DNA of 63,744 bases from Candidatus Aenigmatarchaeota archaeon (GCA_003553905.1 PWEA01000035.1:1-63744), one strand, 5' to 3'. Shown: positions 54,601-63,724, counted from the first letter of the stretch. Made by a program: numbers and translations. The notes: a model not told the origin generated them from the letters alone.

Positions 54601-57600
54601 TGATCCTTACCGTATTATCTCCCTCATGAAGACCCAGAGAGAGGTTGAACCAGTTGTTCGGGTAACTTTCGTTGTATGCAAAAAGTCTATCTCCGATTTC
54701 AACATCCCTAACGAGACTTTCATTCAAGTGAAGCTTGTACATGTCACCATCTTCATGCATGACGTGTTCTCTTCCTGTGATGTTGTAATACTTGAAGTAA
54801 TCCAGGCTCTGTCCCTGTATCTTGATGTAATTTGATCTGTTGAAGCCCTCCGAGGAGTCTACACTCACCTTAACGTGGTCTTTGCCTGAACTAACAAATG
54901 TCTCGGATATAGACTCACCAGCTTTCGAAGTATCCTGAAGTTCGGATTGGAATGCCTCTTTTACGTTGTTGTCAGGGTCCAGTGCCTGAGCATGTACGGT
55001 GTCAACCTCTTCTTCCTCTATGTAACCTATAATGTCAATGGTATCATTACTAACGACTTCGGGGAAGTCCCATATTATTGGTTTGGTTGGGATGGATCTT
55101 ATCTCTGCTTTGTCCGAATACCTGAACTCTTGGTCCATGAGACCAAACTCATCATATACTCTTACAGCACATTGAACCTCGTCATCGGTTGTAAACTCTC
55201 CCGAAAAGGTCCTTCCATCACTCTTGAATTCATCACTAACATACCATCTGAACTCTGTGGAAGATTCATCCTCCTCTACCTCAAACTCTTCGTTTATTGG
55301 ATCGAAGTTGTAAACACACTCAAGCTCAGATCCCTCCGGAGCAGGATCCGGTGTAACGTTAACATCGGTAGCCGTTGGAGGAAGATTCATATAGAACGTT
55401 CCATCAACAACATTGGAACATCCTCCTGTGTCATCACAAACCTGCATCTCGTAGCTATTTACTTCATCGAACGTTCCGTCCTCGGTCGAGTAGGAACACG
55501 AATATTCTCCGTAGTCTTCTTGCTCCGAAACTTCGGAAACACAGTAGGTGTTTCCATAACAGTCTTCGCCGGAGGACCTATAGTTAAGATTTATATCGGG
55601 ATTGTAGACATTATCGCTCGAAGCATTCCTGGCGATATGTTCTCCTGAACTGTTTGCTCTGACCGAAGCCCACCTATCCATCCCTTCATCACAATCACCG
55701 TCTCCTTCCTCATCAACACATATCTCAAATCCTAGAACATCATCCGCCATTGCCTGTGCATTGCTGAAACCGATGTGCACATACTCGTCGTTTTTCAAGG
55801 AAATGCCCTTTTCGACGGCGACGGGTGATTCGTCGTCGGTATCGTTTGCTTCATCAAGATTGTAGGCGGATATAGTGTAAATGTGATCAGTTCTTTCGCC
55901 TGATTCGTTTACTAAGTCGGTTCCATTGTAGAACTCCTCCAGTCTGATGGACACCGTCTCAACTCTTTCTCCTGTTCTGCTTGTGTAGAACCAGGCCGGA
56001 TCGCCACCAAAAACAAGACTTGTATCAGACTCTTCCATTCCCTGTTCTTCCGTAGAGGAAACCTCCTCACATATGAAAACATCGAACTCATCTGAGTCCT
56101 CATCCAACCACTCAAGACCGAAAGTTATGTTTCCTCCCTTGTGGACAGGAGAATCCTCTGTAGCATCGTTGAAGTAATCTACTATTGTGGGTGGTGATAT
56201 TCCTTCAACGACAACAGATGGTGAAACTTCGAATCCCGTCGAGACTCCCACTTCGTTTGTCGCATTGACAGAACATCTTATTTCATCGTCCCTCGTAAGC
56301 CAACTCTCGTCCAAAGTCTGATCGGTTTCGTCGTCTATCTCGACCCATTCATTTATGCCATCTCTGTTTCTCTCCCACTTGAACTCGGTAAGTGATTTGT
56401 CTTCTGAAAAGCCATCCGGGTCTGTGAAATTGTATTTACATGTTAGCTCGGATGAAGTTTCTGGCTCCTCGGGCTCTATACTTACATTTGTTATAGAAGG
56501 TCCCGTGTGTTCCACATAGAAATGATGGCTTCTTACCGTAGATGTGTGACCCTCTGAATCATACACTCTCATATCATAAGAGTGATTGCCCTGACCGAGA
56601 TCCTCAACAACATAGGAACAGTTTATCGGATTTTCTGATGTTGAATCGACTTCGCAGTACTTTTCACCAACACAATCATACCCATCCTTCTGATAACTTA
56701 CCATGACTTCGGGGTCATAGTAATTAACACTATCTCCGTTTTCTTCTATAGCTAGATTGCTACCTCCTGTCTCATTGGCTCTAACGTAAACTTCTTCACC
56801 TTCTTCACCCGAAACTCTAAAGGCTATGTGTTTATCCGACTCGGAGCTCACGGAAACCTTGAAGGTGTTCCACTCGCCTATCGTAAATGCTAGGTTGCTT
56901 ATCTTTTCTATAAACTCTCCATCGGTATCGCCCTGTTCATCGACCTCATATAATTCTATAGAATAACTGAAGTCAGTGTGATCCTGGCCACTTTCTGAAT
57001 CGAAGGGCTTCACCGAAAGTTCATCCGAAACGAGGCCCTTTTCACCTGTGTAGAACCAGGCTTCGGTTCCATTACCGAATGTTATGTTATCCTGGCCACC
57101 TTCATATTGGTTCTCGTCGTTTCCTATCCTATCACATATTCTTAGGTCGATCTCTTCGTCCTCCTCGTGCATCCATTCCACACCGAAATGTATTACATCA
57201 TCTACACTAACTGCGTCTACCTCTCTCTCGGCTGTGTTCCAATAGTCTCTTATCCCGGGTCTGTGGACTGTATCGATATAAACAGGCGAAGACTCTCTGA
57301 ACTGTGTATCGCTTTTAGATTCGGTTCTGGTCGCCCAGTTGTTTTCGTCTATATCACTGACCTTGACTTCACACATTATTCCATCGCTTCCCTCGAAGTT
57401 ACTGCTGTCTAAGGTGCTGGTGTTCTCACCCTGTATTTCAATCCACTGTCCCGTGCCGTCTATATCCCTGTACCATCTGAACTCGGCAGCAGATTCGTTT
57501 TCAGGATCGTCGTCAGGATCTACAAAGGTATATTCACAGGTTAGATCTGTATCTTCATCGGGTTCATCCGGTGTTATACTTACATCCTCTGCCCTTGGTG

Positions 57601-60600
57601 GAGCATTTTCAATAACCGTGTGGTTCTCTGTCTCTATCGGATCGCCTTTCTCGACACCGTCGTCCGGAGTCATCTCAAAGAGATATTTGCTTGCCTTTCT
57701 GTAGTTGTTTACTCTGTCACCGTAACTGACTATACATTCGTGCGTAGCGTTTCCCTGTGGATCCTCCCACTGATCTCCGAAGTAAGTACATCCCACTGTT
57801 CCTGTATAGGTGTTGACCTCGCCTTCGTATGTTGTCTCCTGTATGCTCCAATGGACTTCTATGTCACCCGAGCCGGCGTCTTCGTCTTCTACGAAACCTA
57901 TGAATTTAGCTTCATCTCTGTCTTCTATGGTCTGGTTCTCAGGTTCCACCGTTATATTAACCATCAGAGGTACCGCATTAGGCGAGGCACAGTTCTTCGC
58001 CGTCGGATAGGACGTTTCACCGTCTTCCATGACCGCCCTTATCTGGTAGCAGTAGGTCTCTGTATTGGACAGATTGTTGTCTTCGCCCATGTTCCATCCA
58101 TCGTCCACCGCCTTGTATTCGCCCTGGTAATCTGTAGTTATATCATCATCCAAACTGAGGTTCTTGACGTTCACCTTGTCGTGGTCACCTTCTTCCCATC
58201 GATATACAGAGAAGTTTCCAAGCTCGTCCTCGTCGCCTATCCAGTCCCATGTCAAGCTGAGGTTTCCGCCCCGGTTTCCGGGTATGTTCGTTACGTTGAG
58301 GTTGGACGGATCTATCTCTCTGTCGACTATTTCCACGGTCGCATTTCTCCAAACCTCATCCCTCTTGGGGTTCTGCCAGGCTTCCCAAGTATCGTCCACG
58401 TCCTTCACACGAACGCCGACCTTTATGAAATCATCACGGACAAATACTTCGTCAAGGGTTGTTTCGTTATCGGATTCGTTTAGGTGTATCCAATCCTCTT
58501 CCTCCGCAGTGTCGTTGTACTTCCACCATCTGACCATCCTCGCCGACTCGTTCTCTTCGTCCATCTCATTGACGTCCACGAAGTCGTACGTTAGTTCGAG
58601 CGTCGATGATGCATTAGGATGTTCGGGGATTATTTCCACGTTCTCGGCCGTGGGTGCTGTGTTGTTCACGTACGCCTGTTGGAACTCGGACCACTGACCG
58701 TATACCAAACCATTATACGGTCTAAACTCTGCGGTGTATTTATCTCCTTTGAGCGTTTGATCGCTGCTTATGGTTTTTATACACTCAAAATCTGCAGTTA
58801 TGTTAGGATCAAGCTGTGAGTTGTTTATAGCCGTACATCCCACTGTTCCTTCCAATACCTCAGGATCACTCTTATACTCTTCATTGTGATAAGACAATCT
58901 TTCTATGTAATATTCCGCCGTCATGTCTGAAAAGCTTGAGGAGCTGTCGTTCACGTATATGTAGAATCTTATATCGTCCTCTGTTTCTGGGTACTCCGGT
59001 TTTCTGTGTGCACTGACTATCTCCGGTTCTACTCTTGTGCTGAACGAGTACTCATCTTCAACAGAGCCCCCGAACGAATCGGTGACGTTTAAAGTCCAGT
59101 TGTAATCTGTGCTGGTTTCAAGTTCAAGACCAGAGGTTTCAAACTCTTCGGTTCCGTCGGACTCCATAGTATATACAAAGCTATCTACCTCATCACCACC
59201 TTCTTCATCTACGGTGATCTCGATATCTGTAGGCGTTCCATATGATTCCACTGTTACCGAAATATTTGTATACGATGGTACATTGGCCTCTCCGTCCTCC
59301 GGTGAGATATCAACAATCACAGGCTCGTCCGGTTTTTCTGTAGTAAAGGTACGAGGTCCCTCAATGGTACCAAGACCCTCGTCATCGATTGCCTGTACCC
59401 TCCAGCTATAGTCTCTGTCGTATTCAAGATCAAAGCCCTCGTTATCAGAAGCCAAAGTCTCCAAAGAGTCTGTGACGAATGTTACATCATCGTACTCGAC
59501 CTGCTCTTCGGTATAGACCACAGTCGAGCCTATAATAAACCTAACTTCGTATGGTTTATATGAAACGTTTTCGACCCGTGCCTCAAGTACGTCTTGGAAT
59601 GAAACAGTTGCACCGTCATTGGGCTCCTGTAGCTCTATATCAGGTGCATCTTCCTCGCGAACCGTGAAGGATGCACTATCACTGTCACTTCCACCAAAGT
59701 AGTCCTCCGCAAAAACCGCCCAATCATATGTTTCATCGAACTCGAGTTTTTCTCCTGTCTGATCCTCAAGATCCACGCAGAGATTATCTCTATCGTAGGA
59801 TACTTCTGTACTATATATTATATCATCTTCAAAGTGGAAGTCTACACTGACTCTTCTGTCCTCGTCGCTGGTAGGAAGGGTTTCGGACGAAACATTAATA
59901 CAAAGGTTTGGTGTTCTGCTGACCTCATCCTGCCCATCACTTGGATATTTGATATTGATATCCGGGTCGTCTGGTTCAGCTGTGATAAACTCAAACTCCT
60001 CCGCTGTCTCTCCTCCGACGTCGTTAACGGCCTCCACAGTCCATGTGTACTTCGTTCCAAACTCAAGCTCCCCGCCGAGCTGTTCCTCAAGATCAACAAC
60101 AACCCTTTCGTCATCGTTCTCGTCCACGCTACCGTGATCAACCCATGCTTCTTCCTCTCCGTCATCCAAGTAAACTACGTATTCGATTGGATATGTACTA
60201 TTTCCATCCCCCGCTGTTGTTAGATTGAAGGTTAGATTTGTATCTACGTCTACGTTATGGTGTCCATGCGAAGGATCTGGATCATAGACCTGTGGAAGTG
60301 GCGGATCAACTGTCGTAAAGGTGTATTCAGCCTCGGTTTGACCTCCGACCTGGTTCCAGGCCACGACATCCCATGTATACTCCGTCCCGTATTCTAACTC
60401 GGGTTCTCCAAACGCGTCTTCAAACTCACCCTCACCGACAATAAGCTCTTCTTCAACGTATTCCCCCTCTTCGGTTTCGCCATCCTTTACTCTAACCCCA
60501 TCTAAATAAATCTCATAGTTTATAGGTCCTATGTCGTCGGAGGCGTCACCGGAGACATTGACTGTAAGGTTTTCTGTGACATCCACTCCGATGGATCCAT

Positions 60601-63600
60601 CGGACGGAGTTTCACTATCTATCATCGGAACAGGTGGTTCCATGGTACTGAAGGTATATTCCTTCACCTCCATAACACCGATATCGTTCACTGCAGTCAC
60701 TGTCCATGTATATTCGCTATCATACTCTAAGTCGTATGCTGCAGTAACCTTGCTGTCATCATCTTCGTACAGGGTACTACCATTTATATTATTGCCATTG
60801 AGGTATATCGTCCAGTTTATTGGATATTCGATACCCGATATCCGGGCCGAAAGATCAGTATCTGGATCTATGCTCTCGGAATTATCCAACGGAACCGGGT
60901 TCGATATCTCAGGGACCGGAACATCCGCCGTCGTGAACTCCATCATGTCCGAAATTACTACCTGTCCGGTTTCGTCCTCGACCTCTACCTGCCACTCAAA
61001 GGTTTTCTCGTATTCACCATATCCCATATCCTCGAGGGAGTTTGTATGTACTAAACCATCACTGTCCACGGTATAGCCATCTTCCAAAACGTTCTCGCCT
61101 TCCAGGTATATCCTAACCGAGGTATCCTCCGTTTCCGTTTCCACGAACAATGAAAGATTTGCGGAAAGCGGTACACTGTCGTCGCCGTCCTGTGGATAGA
61201 ACTGGCTCATCTCGGGTGGATCGGGGTATTCAGCAGTAAACGAATACGTACTGCTACTGTAGTCATTGAATCCATCATCAACTGTTACGTTCCACTCGTA
61301 TTCCTCTGCGTATTCAAGGGCAAGGCTTCCTGTTTCCACCCTACCATCGCTGCTCACGGTAGTCGAATAAACCTCGCCATCATGCTGCCCCCCATAAAGT
61401 TCGAAGGACACATCCAAGGGATAGTAGTCCGACTCGAGTTCCGCGGAAAGAGATGTCCCGATAGAAACATCGTTCTCGTTGTCTGCAGGTTCCGGGTTGA
61501 TTATATTTGGCTCGGGTGGTTCGGTCGTCGTAAAGTCCTCGCTCTTCACGCTCTCCAGTCCTTCGCTGTCCACGACCTTGACATGCCACTGGTAGTCGGT
61601 TCCGTACTCCACATCGAAGTCCGAAATATCTTGCAGGGACGGGCTCTTGAAAGTTCCATTGACCTCTCTGTCGTTAAGCGTGTGGACCTCATCGCCATCG
61701 ATGAAAAACATTACGTCGAAGGGCTGGTGATAAACGCTTATATTGGCCGAAAGCTTTTCGTCAAATCCAACATCCGTTCCATTCGGACTTAGGTCGGTTA
61801 TATTCCCGGATAGCTCGTCCCTGACGGTAAACCAGCTCTGGTTACTGCTTTTCTGTCCCATTACATCCTTGGCAGAAACCGACCAGTCGTAGGTCTCTCC
61901 AAACTCCAGCGGATCAAAACCATGGTCCTCTATATTCCTACAGACAGTCTGGTTATAACTGATGTCAAACCCATCCACCTGGCTGTCAGCCAAAAAGATC
62001 TCGACTTCTACTGTGTTGTCCTCGCTACCAGACATTGTCTCGGAAGATACGTTGGCACATAGGTTTGGCGTACTGCTTACACCCTCATCCCCTACAGGGT
62101 ATGTTAGATCAACTTCTGGTTTATTTACATCTTCACCCACAGTGAACGTGAACACCTCGGTTTTATCTTCATTCAGATCGTTTGATGCCTCGACAGTCCA
62201 AGTATAGGTCACCCCGACGAGAAGTTCATTCTCTATCTCATCGCCATCATCGCCTATACTAGCTGAAAAGGTGGTTCCGCTGCCGTCATGATCTTCTTTT
62301 TTACCAACAAAGACCTGGTCGCTGAAACGGTCGTCTTCCTGGCTCTCCAGGTACATGTACATATCGTTTGCTCTCTCGACCTCCACGCTCAAAGTAGGTG
62401 TAGTGTTCACAAAACCGGACTTATCGGGTGGATTGGGATTGCTTATCCTCGGTGAGTTACTATACCGACATCCCACAAGGTAACCATCGGCATCACCACT
62501 GTAAACGGCTTCATCAGCCACAGAGTCTATTGCCTGTATATCCGCACCATGATGATCATGATGCCAAATCTTGGACCCGTACTTGGCATCTATAGCACTT
62601 AAATATCCGTCATCATCGATAAAAAGCTCTCCATATTCCCCTCCGTCTGTCACAGACAAGGCATACTCCCCTTCCACATCGGGATCGAATCCCAGAACAT
62701 CCTCTCCTGTCTTGGCATCAACTGCCTTAACCCCCTCATGTCTGGAAACACTATAAAGCACAGGCCCACCGTTTTCCCCGTGCCAACCCTGCTCTTCCAA
62801 ATCTATTGACCACACTACACCGTCATGAATGTCCTCTCTTTTCCACTGAAGAGAACCGTCACCTGCGTCCACAGCAACTAAATCGCCTGCATTACCGCCA
62901 CTGTAGACCATTCCATCATAATAAAAGACAGAAGCTACGTTTCCGTGGTGCTCGTGGTCCCATTCTATGAGATCTTCTTCCTCTAAGACATCACCCTCAT
63001 ACTCATTAACAAGTTTGCTGTGGTCAACTGCAATCACCCTCTTCGAAAGGCCAGCATCACCACTGTAGACCATGTTCCCATCCGAAGTGACCGACATGAC
63101 ATCAGAATCATGTAGACTGTGCTGCCATTCTATCTCGTGGTTCTCAATGTCGTAGGCTAAAACCGTGCCGTCCTGCGAAGCACTATAGACCGTGCCGCCG
63201 GACACATGAACTGAACGTACGCTACCTTCATGGAAACCGTGACGCCACTGCACATATCCATCCAAATTCTCCGCTACGACTTTACCTCCGTCGTTGCCAG
63301 TATATACTAGGTCACCGTGTTTGTAGACAGAATTAATTTCATCTAAGTGTTCTCGTTTCCAACAGTCATCATTCTCATCTTCGGGTTCTTCGGGCTCCTC
63401 CATGAAGTACGCGTCAACGTCCTTTCCAACATGATCCACGTTTATGGTTATCTGATTGTTCCTGCCGTCGTAATCATCCTTATCCTCAAAATCTATATCT
63501 CCGCCCCAGTGCTCGAAGGTGTAGCCACTGCCGGGACCGGGGTCGGCCTCCAGAGTAACCTCAGTATCACTGAAGAAAGGTCTTTCGAAAGTATCACTAA

Positions 63601-63724
63601 CTATTTCCTCCCCGCCGTCCCACTCCACAGTCACATTTGAATCTTCTGATCCCTTCACTTCTACAGAAAGTCTGCGTGCCGGACATCCTAAAAGTCTGTC
63701 ATCCACACCACCACTGAAAATCAT
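48602..63724 (-). CDS. Giant modular surface protein (at least 5,040 aa), C-terminal TM anchor; N-terminus possibly beyond the window
   Basis: The 15.1-kb ORF is uninterrupted, and the frame stays open from the first Met (63724) to the window end (63744). Domains read by eye are a beta-propeller, many Ig/Fn3-like repeats, a CBM-like domain, a beta-helix, a PGF-pre-PGF-like domain, a CarboxypepD_reg-like domain, a TM helix (48926-49006) and a 107-aa basic tail. Confidence 0.9.
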   Translation of the reverse strand: MIFSGGVDDRLLGCPARRLSVEVKGSEDSNVTVEWDGGEEIVSDTFERPFFSDTEVTLEADPGPGSGYTFEHWGGDIDFEDKDDYDGRNNQITINVDHVGKDVDAYFMEEPEEPEDENDDCWKREHLDEINSVYKHGDLVYTGNDGGKVVAENLDGYVQWRHGFHEGSVRSVHVSGGTVYSASQDGTVLAYDIENHEIEWQHSLHDSDVMSVTSDGNMVYSGDAGLSKRVIAVDHSKLVNEYEGDVLEEEDLIEWDHEHHGNVASVFYYDGMVYSGGNAGDLVAVDAGDGSLQWKREDIHDGVVWSIDLEEQGWHGENGGPVLYSVSRHEGVKAVDAKTGEDVLGFDPDVEGEYALSVTDGGEYGELFIDDDGYLSAIDAKYGSKIWHHDHHGADIQAIDSVADEAVYSGDADGYLVGCRYSNSPRISNPNPPDKSGFVNTTPTLSVEVERANDMYMYLESQEDDRFSDQVFVGKKEDHDGSGTTFSASIGDDGDEIENELLVGVTYTWTVEASNDLNEDKTEVFTFTVGEDVNKPEVDLTYPVGDEGVSSTPNLCANVSSETMSGSEDNTVEVEIFLADSQVDGFDISYNQTVCRNIEDHGFDPLEFGETYDWSVSAKDVMGQKSSNQSWFTVRDELSGNITDLSPNGTDVGFDEKLSANISVYHQPFDVMFFIDGDEVHTLNDREVNGTFKSPSLQDISDFDVEYGTDYQWHVKVVDSEGLESVKSEDFTTTEPPEPNIINPEPADNENDVSIGTSLSAELESDYYPLDVSFELYGGQHDGEVYSTTVSSDGRVETGSLALEYAEEYEWNVTVDDGFNDYSSSTYSFTAEYPDPPEMSQFYPQDGDDSVPLSANLSLFVETETEDTSVRIYLEGENVLEDGYTVDSDGLVHTNSLEDMGYGEYEKTFEWQVEVEDETGQVVISDMMEFTTADVPVPEISNPVPLDNSESIDPDTDLSARISGIEYPINWTIYLNGNNINGSTLYEDDDSKVTAAYDLEYDSEYTWTVTAVNDIGVMEVKEYTFSTMEPPVPMIDSETPSDGSIGVDVTENLTVNVSGDASDDIGPINYEIYLDGVRVKDGETEEGEYVEEELIVGEGEFEDAFGEPELEYGTEYTWDVVAWNQVGGQTEAEYTFTTVDPPLPQVYDPDPSHGHHNVDVDTNLTFNLTTAGDGNSTYPIEYVVYLDDGEEEAWVDHGSVDENDDERVVVDLEEQLGGELEFGTKYTWTVEAVNDVGGETAEEFEFITAEPDDPDINIKYPSDGQDEVSRTPNLCINVSSETLPTSDEDRRVSVDFHFEDDIIYSTEVSYDRDNLCVDLEDQTGEKLEFDETYDWAVFAEDYFGGSDSDSASFTVREEDAPDIELQEPNDGATVSFQDVLEARVENVSYKPYEVRFIIGSTVVYTEEQVEYDDVTFVTDSLETLASDNEGFDLEYDRDYSWRVQAIDDEGLGTIEGPRTFTTEKPDEPVIVDISPEDGEANVPSYTNISVTVESYGTPTDIEITVDEEGGDEVDSFVYTMESDGTEEFETSGLELETSTDYNWTLNVTDSFGGSVEDEYSFSTRVEPEIVSAHRKPEYPETEDDIRFYIYVNDSSSSFSDMTAEYYIERLSYHNEEYKSDPEVLEGTVGCTAINNSQLDPNITADFECIKTISSDQTLKGDKYTAEFRPYNGLVYGQWSEFQQAYVNNTAPTAENVEIIPEHPNASSTLELTYDFVDVNEMDEENESARMVRWWKYNDTAEEEDWIHLNESDNETTLDEVFVRDDFIKVGVRVKDVDDTWEAWQNPKRDEVWRNATVEIVDREIDPSNLNVTNIPGNRGGNLSLTWDWIGDEDELGNFSVYRWEEGDHDKVNVKNLSLDDDITTDYQGEYKAVDDGWNMGEDNNLSNTETYCYQIRAVMEDGETSYPTAKNCASPNAVPLMVNITVEPENQTIEDRDEAKFIGFVEDEDAGSGDIEVHWSIQETTYEGEVNTYTGTVGCTYFGDQWEDPQGNATHECIVSYGDRVNNYRKASKYLFEMTPDDGVEKGDPIETENHTVIENAPPRAEDVSITPDEPDEDTDLTCEYTFVDPDDDPENESAAEFRWYRDIDGTGQWIEIQGENTSTLDSSNFEGSDGIMCEVKVSDIDENNWATRTESKSDTQFRESSPVYIDTVHRPGIRDYWNTAEREVDAVSVDDVIHFGVEWMHEEDEEIDLRICDRIGNDENQYEGGQDNITFGNGTEAWFYTGEKGLVSDELSVKPFDSESGQDHTDFSYSIELYEVDEQGDTDGEFIEKISNLAFTIGEWNTFKVSVSSESDKHIAFRVSGEEGEEVYVRANETGGSNLAIEENGDSVNYYDPEVMVSYQKDGYDCVGEKYCEVDSTSENPINCSYVVEDLGQGNHSYDMRVYDSEGHTSTVRSHHFYVEHTGPSITNVSIEPEEPETSSELTCKYNFTDPDGFSEDKSLTEFKWERNRDGINEWVEIDDETDQTLDESWLTRDDEIRCSVNATNEVGVSTGFEVSPSVVVEGISPPTIVDYFNDATEDSPVHKGGNITFGLEWLDEDSDEFDVFICEEVSSTEEQGMEESDTSLVFGGDPAWFYTSRTGERVETVSIRLEEFYNGTDLVNESGERTDHIYTISAYNLDEANDTDDESPVAVEKGISLKNDEYVHIGFSNAQAMADDVLGFEICVDEEGDGDCDEGMDRWASVRANSSGEHIARNASSDNVYNPDINLNYRSSGEDCYGNTYCVSEVSEQEDYGEYSCSYSTEDGTFDEVNSYEMQVCDDTGGCSNVVDGTFYMNLPPTATDVNVTPDPAPEGSELECVYNFDPINEEFEVEEDESSTEFRWYVSDEFKSDGRTFSGEFTTDDEVQCAVRVYDEFGLMDQEFRYSDKAEIRSIPTKPIIWDFPEVVSNDTIDIIGYIEEEEVDTVHAQALDPDNNVKEAFQSELQDTSKAGESISETFVSSGKDHVKVSVDSSEGFNRSNYIKIQGQSLDYFKYYNITGREHVMHEDGDMYKLHLNESLVRDVEIGDRLFAYNESYPNNWFNLSLGLHEGDNTVRIRGNNTAGNGVIFEGDVYYDAYGPYIDISQVPDGSSDKQNKWNFTVSDDIGTDPNSILVNITDSAGNSEYYSYNSSQFDYLQNVNETVECVSGEKYSCEVDVYMEEGEYNITFSAEDIIGNKGTSSRTGFEVWTGRLEPPEVYREGSVVYDRNLFLNWSVEYDDIWSLEYRVKEEESSDYITDWIGANLQERTDTNLTTDKLDLINHTSYVFEVRYKRYKWDRWSEIGVSGSMKFVEQDEPSEPPTSVNITVPGSVHTDPVLWANWTDSYSSVGIERYEYAAGVDIYGEEGWDNLTDGWVSSGLDTYVEESFELEDQEEYYFSVKAIDKHGYQSNVTSSQPITYYNQTKLETEVVSVENDTYTEDGWLDDIDDGYTNITVEGNREITCYYSRDYDTTFANMKEDFEEEYDETNVEAGGKCNATGDSGYNQTCRIPDLDESIYTYYIACRGPYYEHDSPDKNMEVDLVVDHSAPTIKIYHPEELDYSERQGKFGPNDRFSVNITDYPGGVDTQAFNITDSNEEVVESGSLEMTIGDEHSGNYTYDWDTEDIDSGEYNFTVEAEDAYGHTSTKTRTFELDKIPPNITVDTEGHVNGSYFQDSFNITTDIEDFVYAGMGVSNGSTHFPSLNKNITAEGYGDTESWEAFVNISELSDGEYTVTYAAYDSVGNIALNSTRFFVNRHSWFNSSNPIEDQEWIENTKNEEAVHLAEHFVNTVDSTTYRHTDPENIDVSLVDGRFKELSVWNITEDVNSSVVFDRNKDNAEVYVDSGVSENITLSQNFTVDGSTEYELGLSHRANNTDPAEFDYGVMFRTYDSSDNIVGSQKYSVDATENWSELEYTYTTEEDADIMEVVLEQNPQAGDLAHNVSSLSEWKDITLFEYYEEPRVTFIPDDHWSGARNITFFANDTYGVEQPTNEFTLTVTDDYCNPPESGTWEIDQEETAICGAPNNELIEDLDEIKVLGDTTINMTGLDLDMPVYFTDQSTGYIKDSSFTETVYIQDESSVTAWNSSFDDVVVEDNSEFRIEDSPNTVENLIINGTTVDVVNSVVKTVEFIKGQGTIENSYIIDGAIIHVGENEDSYIDLGQGSSVDGVFDTDSGTLDLISTSINEINLTMGSDSTVDMVGSLVDELDGRYANYINSTDSEVRGRLRTSGNVDLNESYVELLDLRGSAELMSYGDSSEIGVLVASDEHGSPSIKGNITIGSVDEVKGEITRFYPVHILNKAGDELEFVDINGVPHIDYSNPIDLNETFSKPDGLVELMVEGLNFRNLTLDKNTPVFIQNRILDPENDGLPISESYNESLRIIGDSTWLGGNLDVPNITVDSFTDLDEAEENAEEGKVPIEIGDGSDTIVEFNWNLTLDHQFQVINVDQSSDNYGDRIEVYTGEKDYNDDPRNWVRVSGVNLEDGGLDNENKTLYMDRNEWIFDSSSSLCVKDAEIDDIGEITDDCSGDAEHLITCGEGPVDGIGCEVNGDSYEITGLESSAAIEMPRIPPGYSDPSPEDGATGVSTSPGLSVTVENNHDDETLDVVFYDKETDDIIAEDVNVGSGERAGIEWTGLDHDETYGWYVEVSDGVATTTSEQWEFTTAEEEDDTGTGGGGGGGYAGPSDDDDGKYIVIDGDEADETVRIEEIRIDDGDTRTIEIDDSSIALYKIEIKAKNSISDGWIGIDDLEGPFDTYPSKEGHELDEKERWDVDTNIKDDVEYVTFFFELDRGRIEDEEDIGLWREMDRWEELRTTEIEGVDNFNRYKASVFDFSHFSVSGMKEDRVVDREVMGTVEGNVYDHMGSPVDEGTVDLYRSDDFTEEPVESVRITDGYYRFHSVEPDYEYWIVVDDVDGHSVMEKTQFVMSGETYGVDFTLEKEDDRMFTPLWWILAVIIAIPILISLAWLFIGGKKSKSPYSFDNKTDSTNRSRNKSKKSSLMNGKAPIRTIKKNPNRFANRRVTVSGRVRPVKEMNGVVKYKISDGTGTVNGVTSSGDHRGTGTIEGVVRLKNGEPYIYF
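55085..59017 (-). repeat. P-Q-Fn3-P-Q-R-Q-R-Q super-repeat region of the giant ORF (aa about 1570-2880)
   Basis: Four Q modules (nt about 58325-58657, 57290-57607, 56210-56497 and 55100-55387) share P..P....L.C.Y.F.D.D..E..S..(F)(R/K)W......W.EI....TLD.....D.I.C.V. Two R modules of about 270 aa share ...DY(W/F)N.A(E)...F(G).EW...(D)(E)(F/I)D..IC... Confidence 0.75.
59030..62452 (-). repeat. Array of 11 Ig/Fn3-like repeats of about 100 aa in the giant ORF (aa about 425-1565), including a duplicated three-repeat block
   Basis: Each unit recurs with P-(D/E)-P...LS(A/V)x(V/I)...(E/D)Y(G/D)x(E/D)Y(T/x)W(T/x)V...(F/Y)(T/S)F(T/S)T. The block at aa 533-833 parallels the block at aa 1250-1565 repeat for repeat. 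Confidence 0.8.

Noticed and set aside
49091-63640. Many plus-strand ORFs of 60-290 aa (for example 57620-58483, 54947-55648, 49359-49916, 60531-61076 and 58164-58697).
   Set aside because: All lie antisense to the single continuous 15-kb minus-strand ORF, which has clear repeat and domain structure. The plus-strand translations are S/V/L/F-rich shadows.
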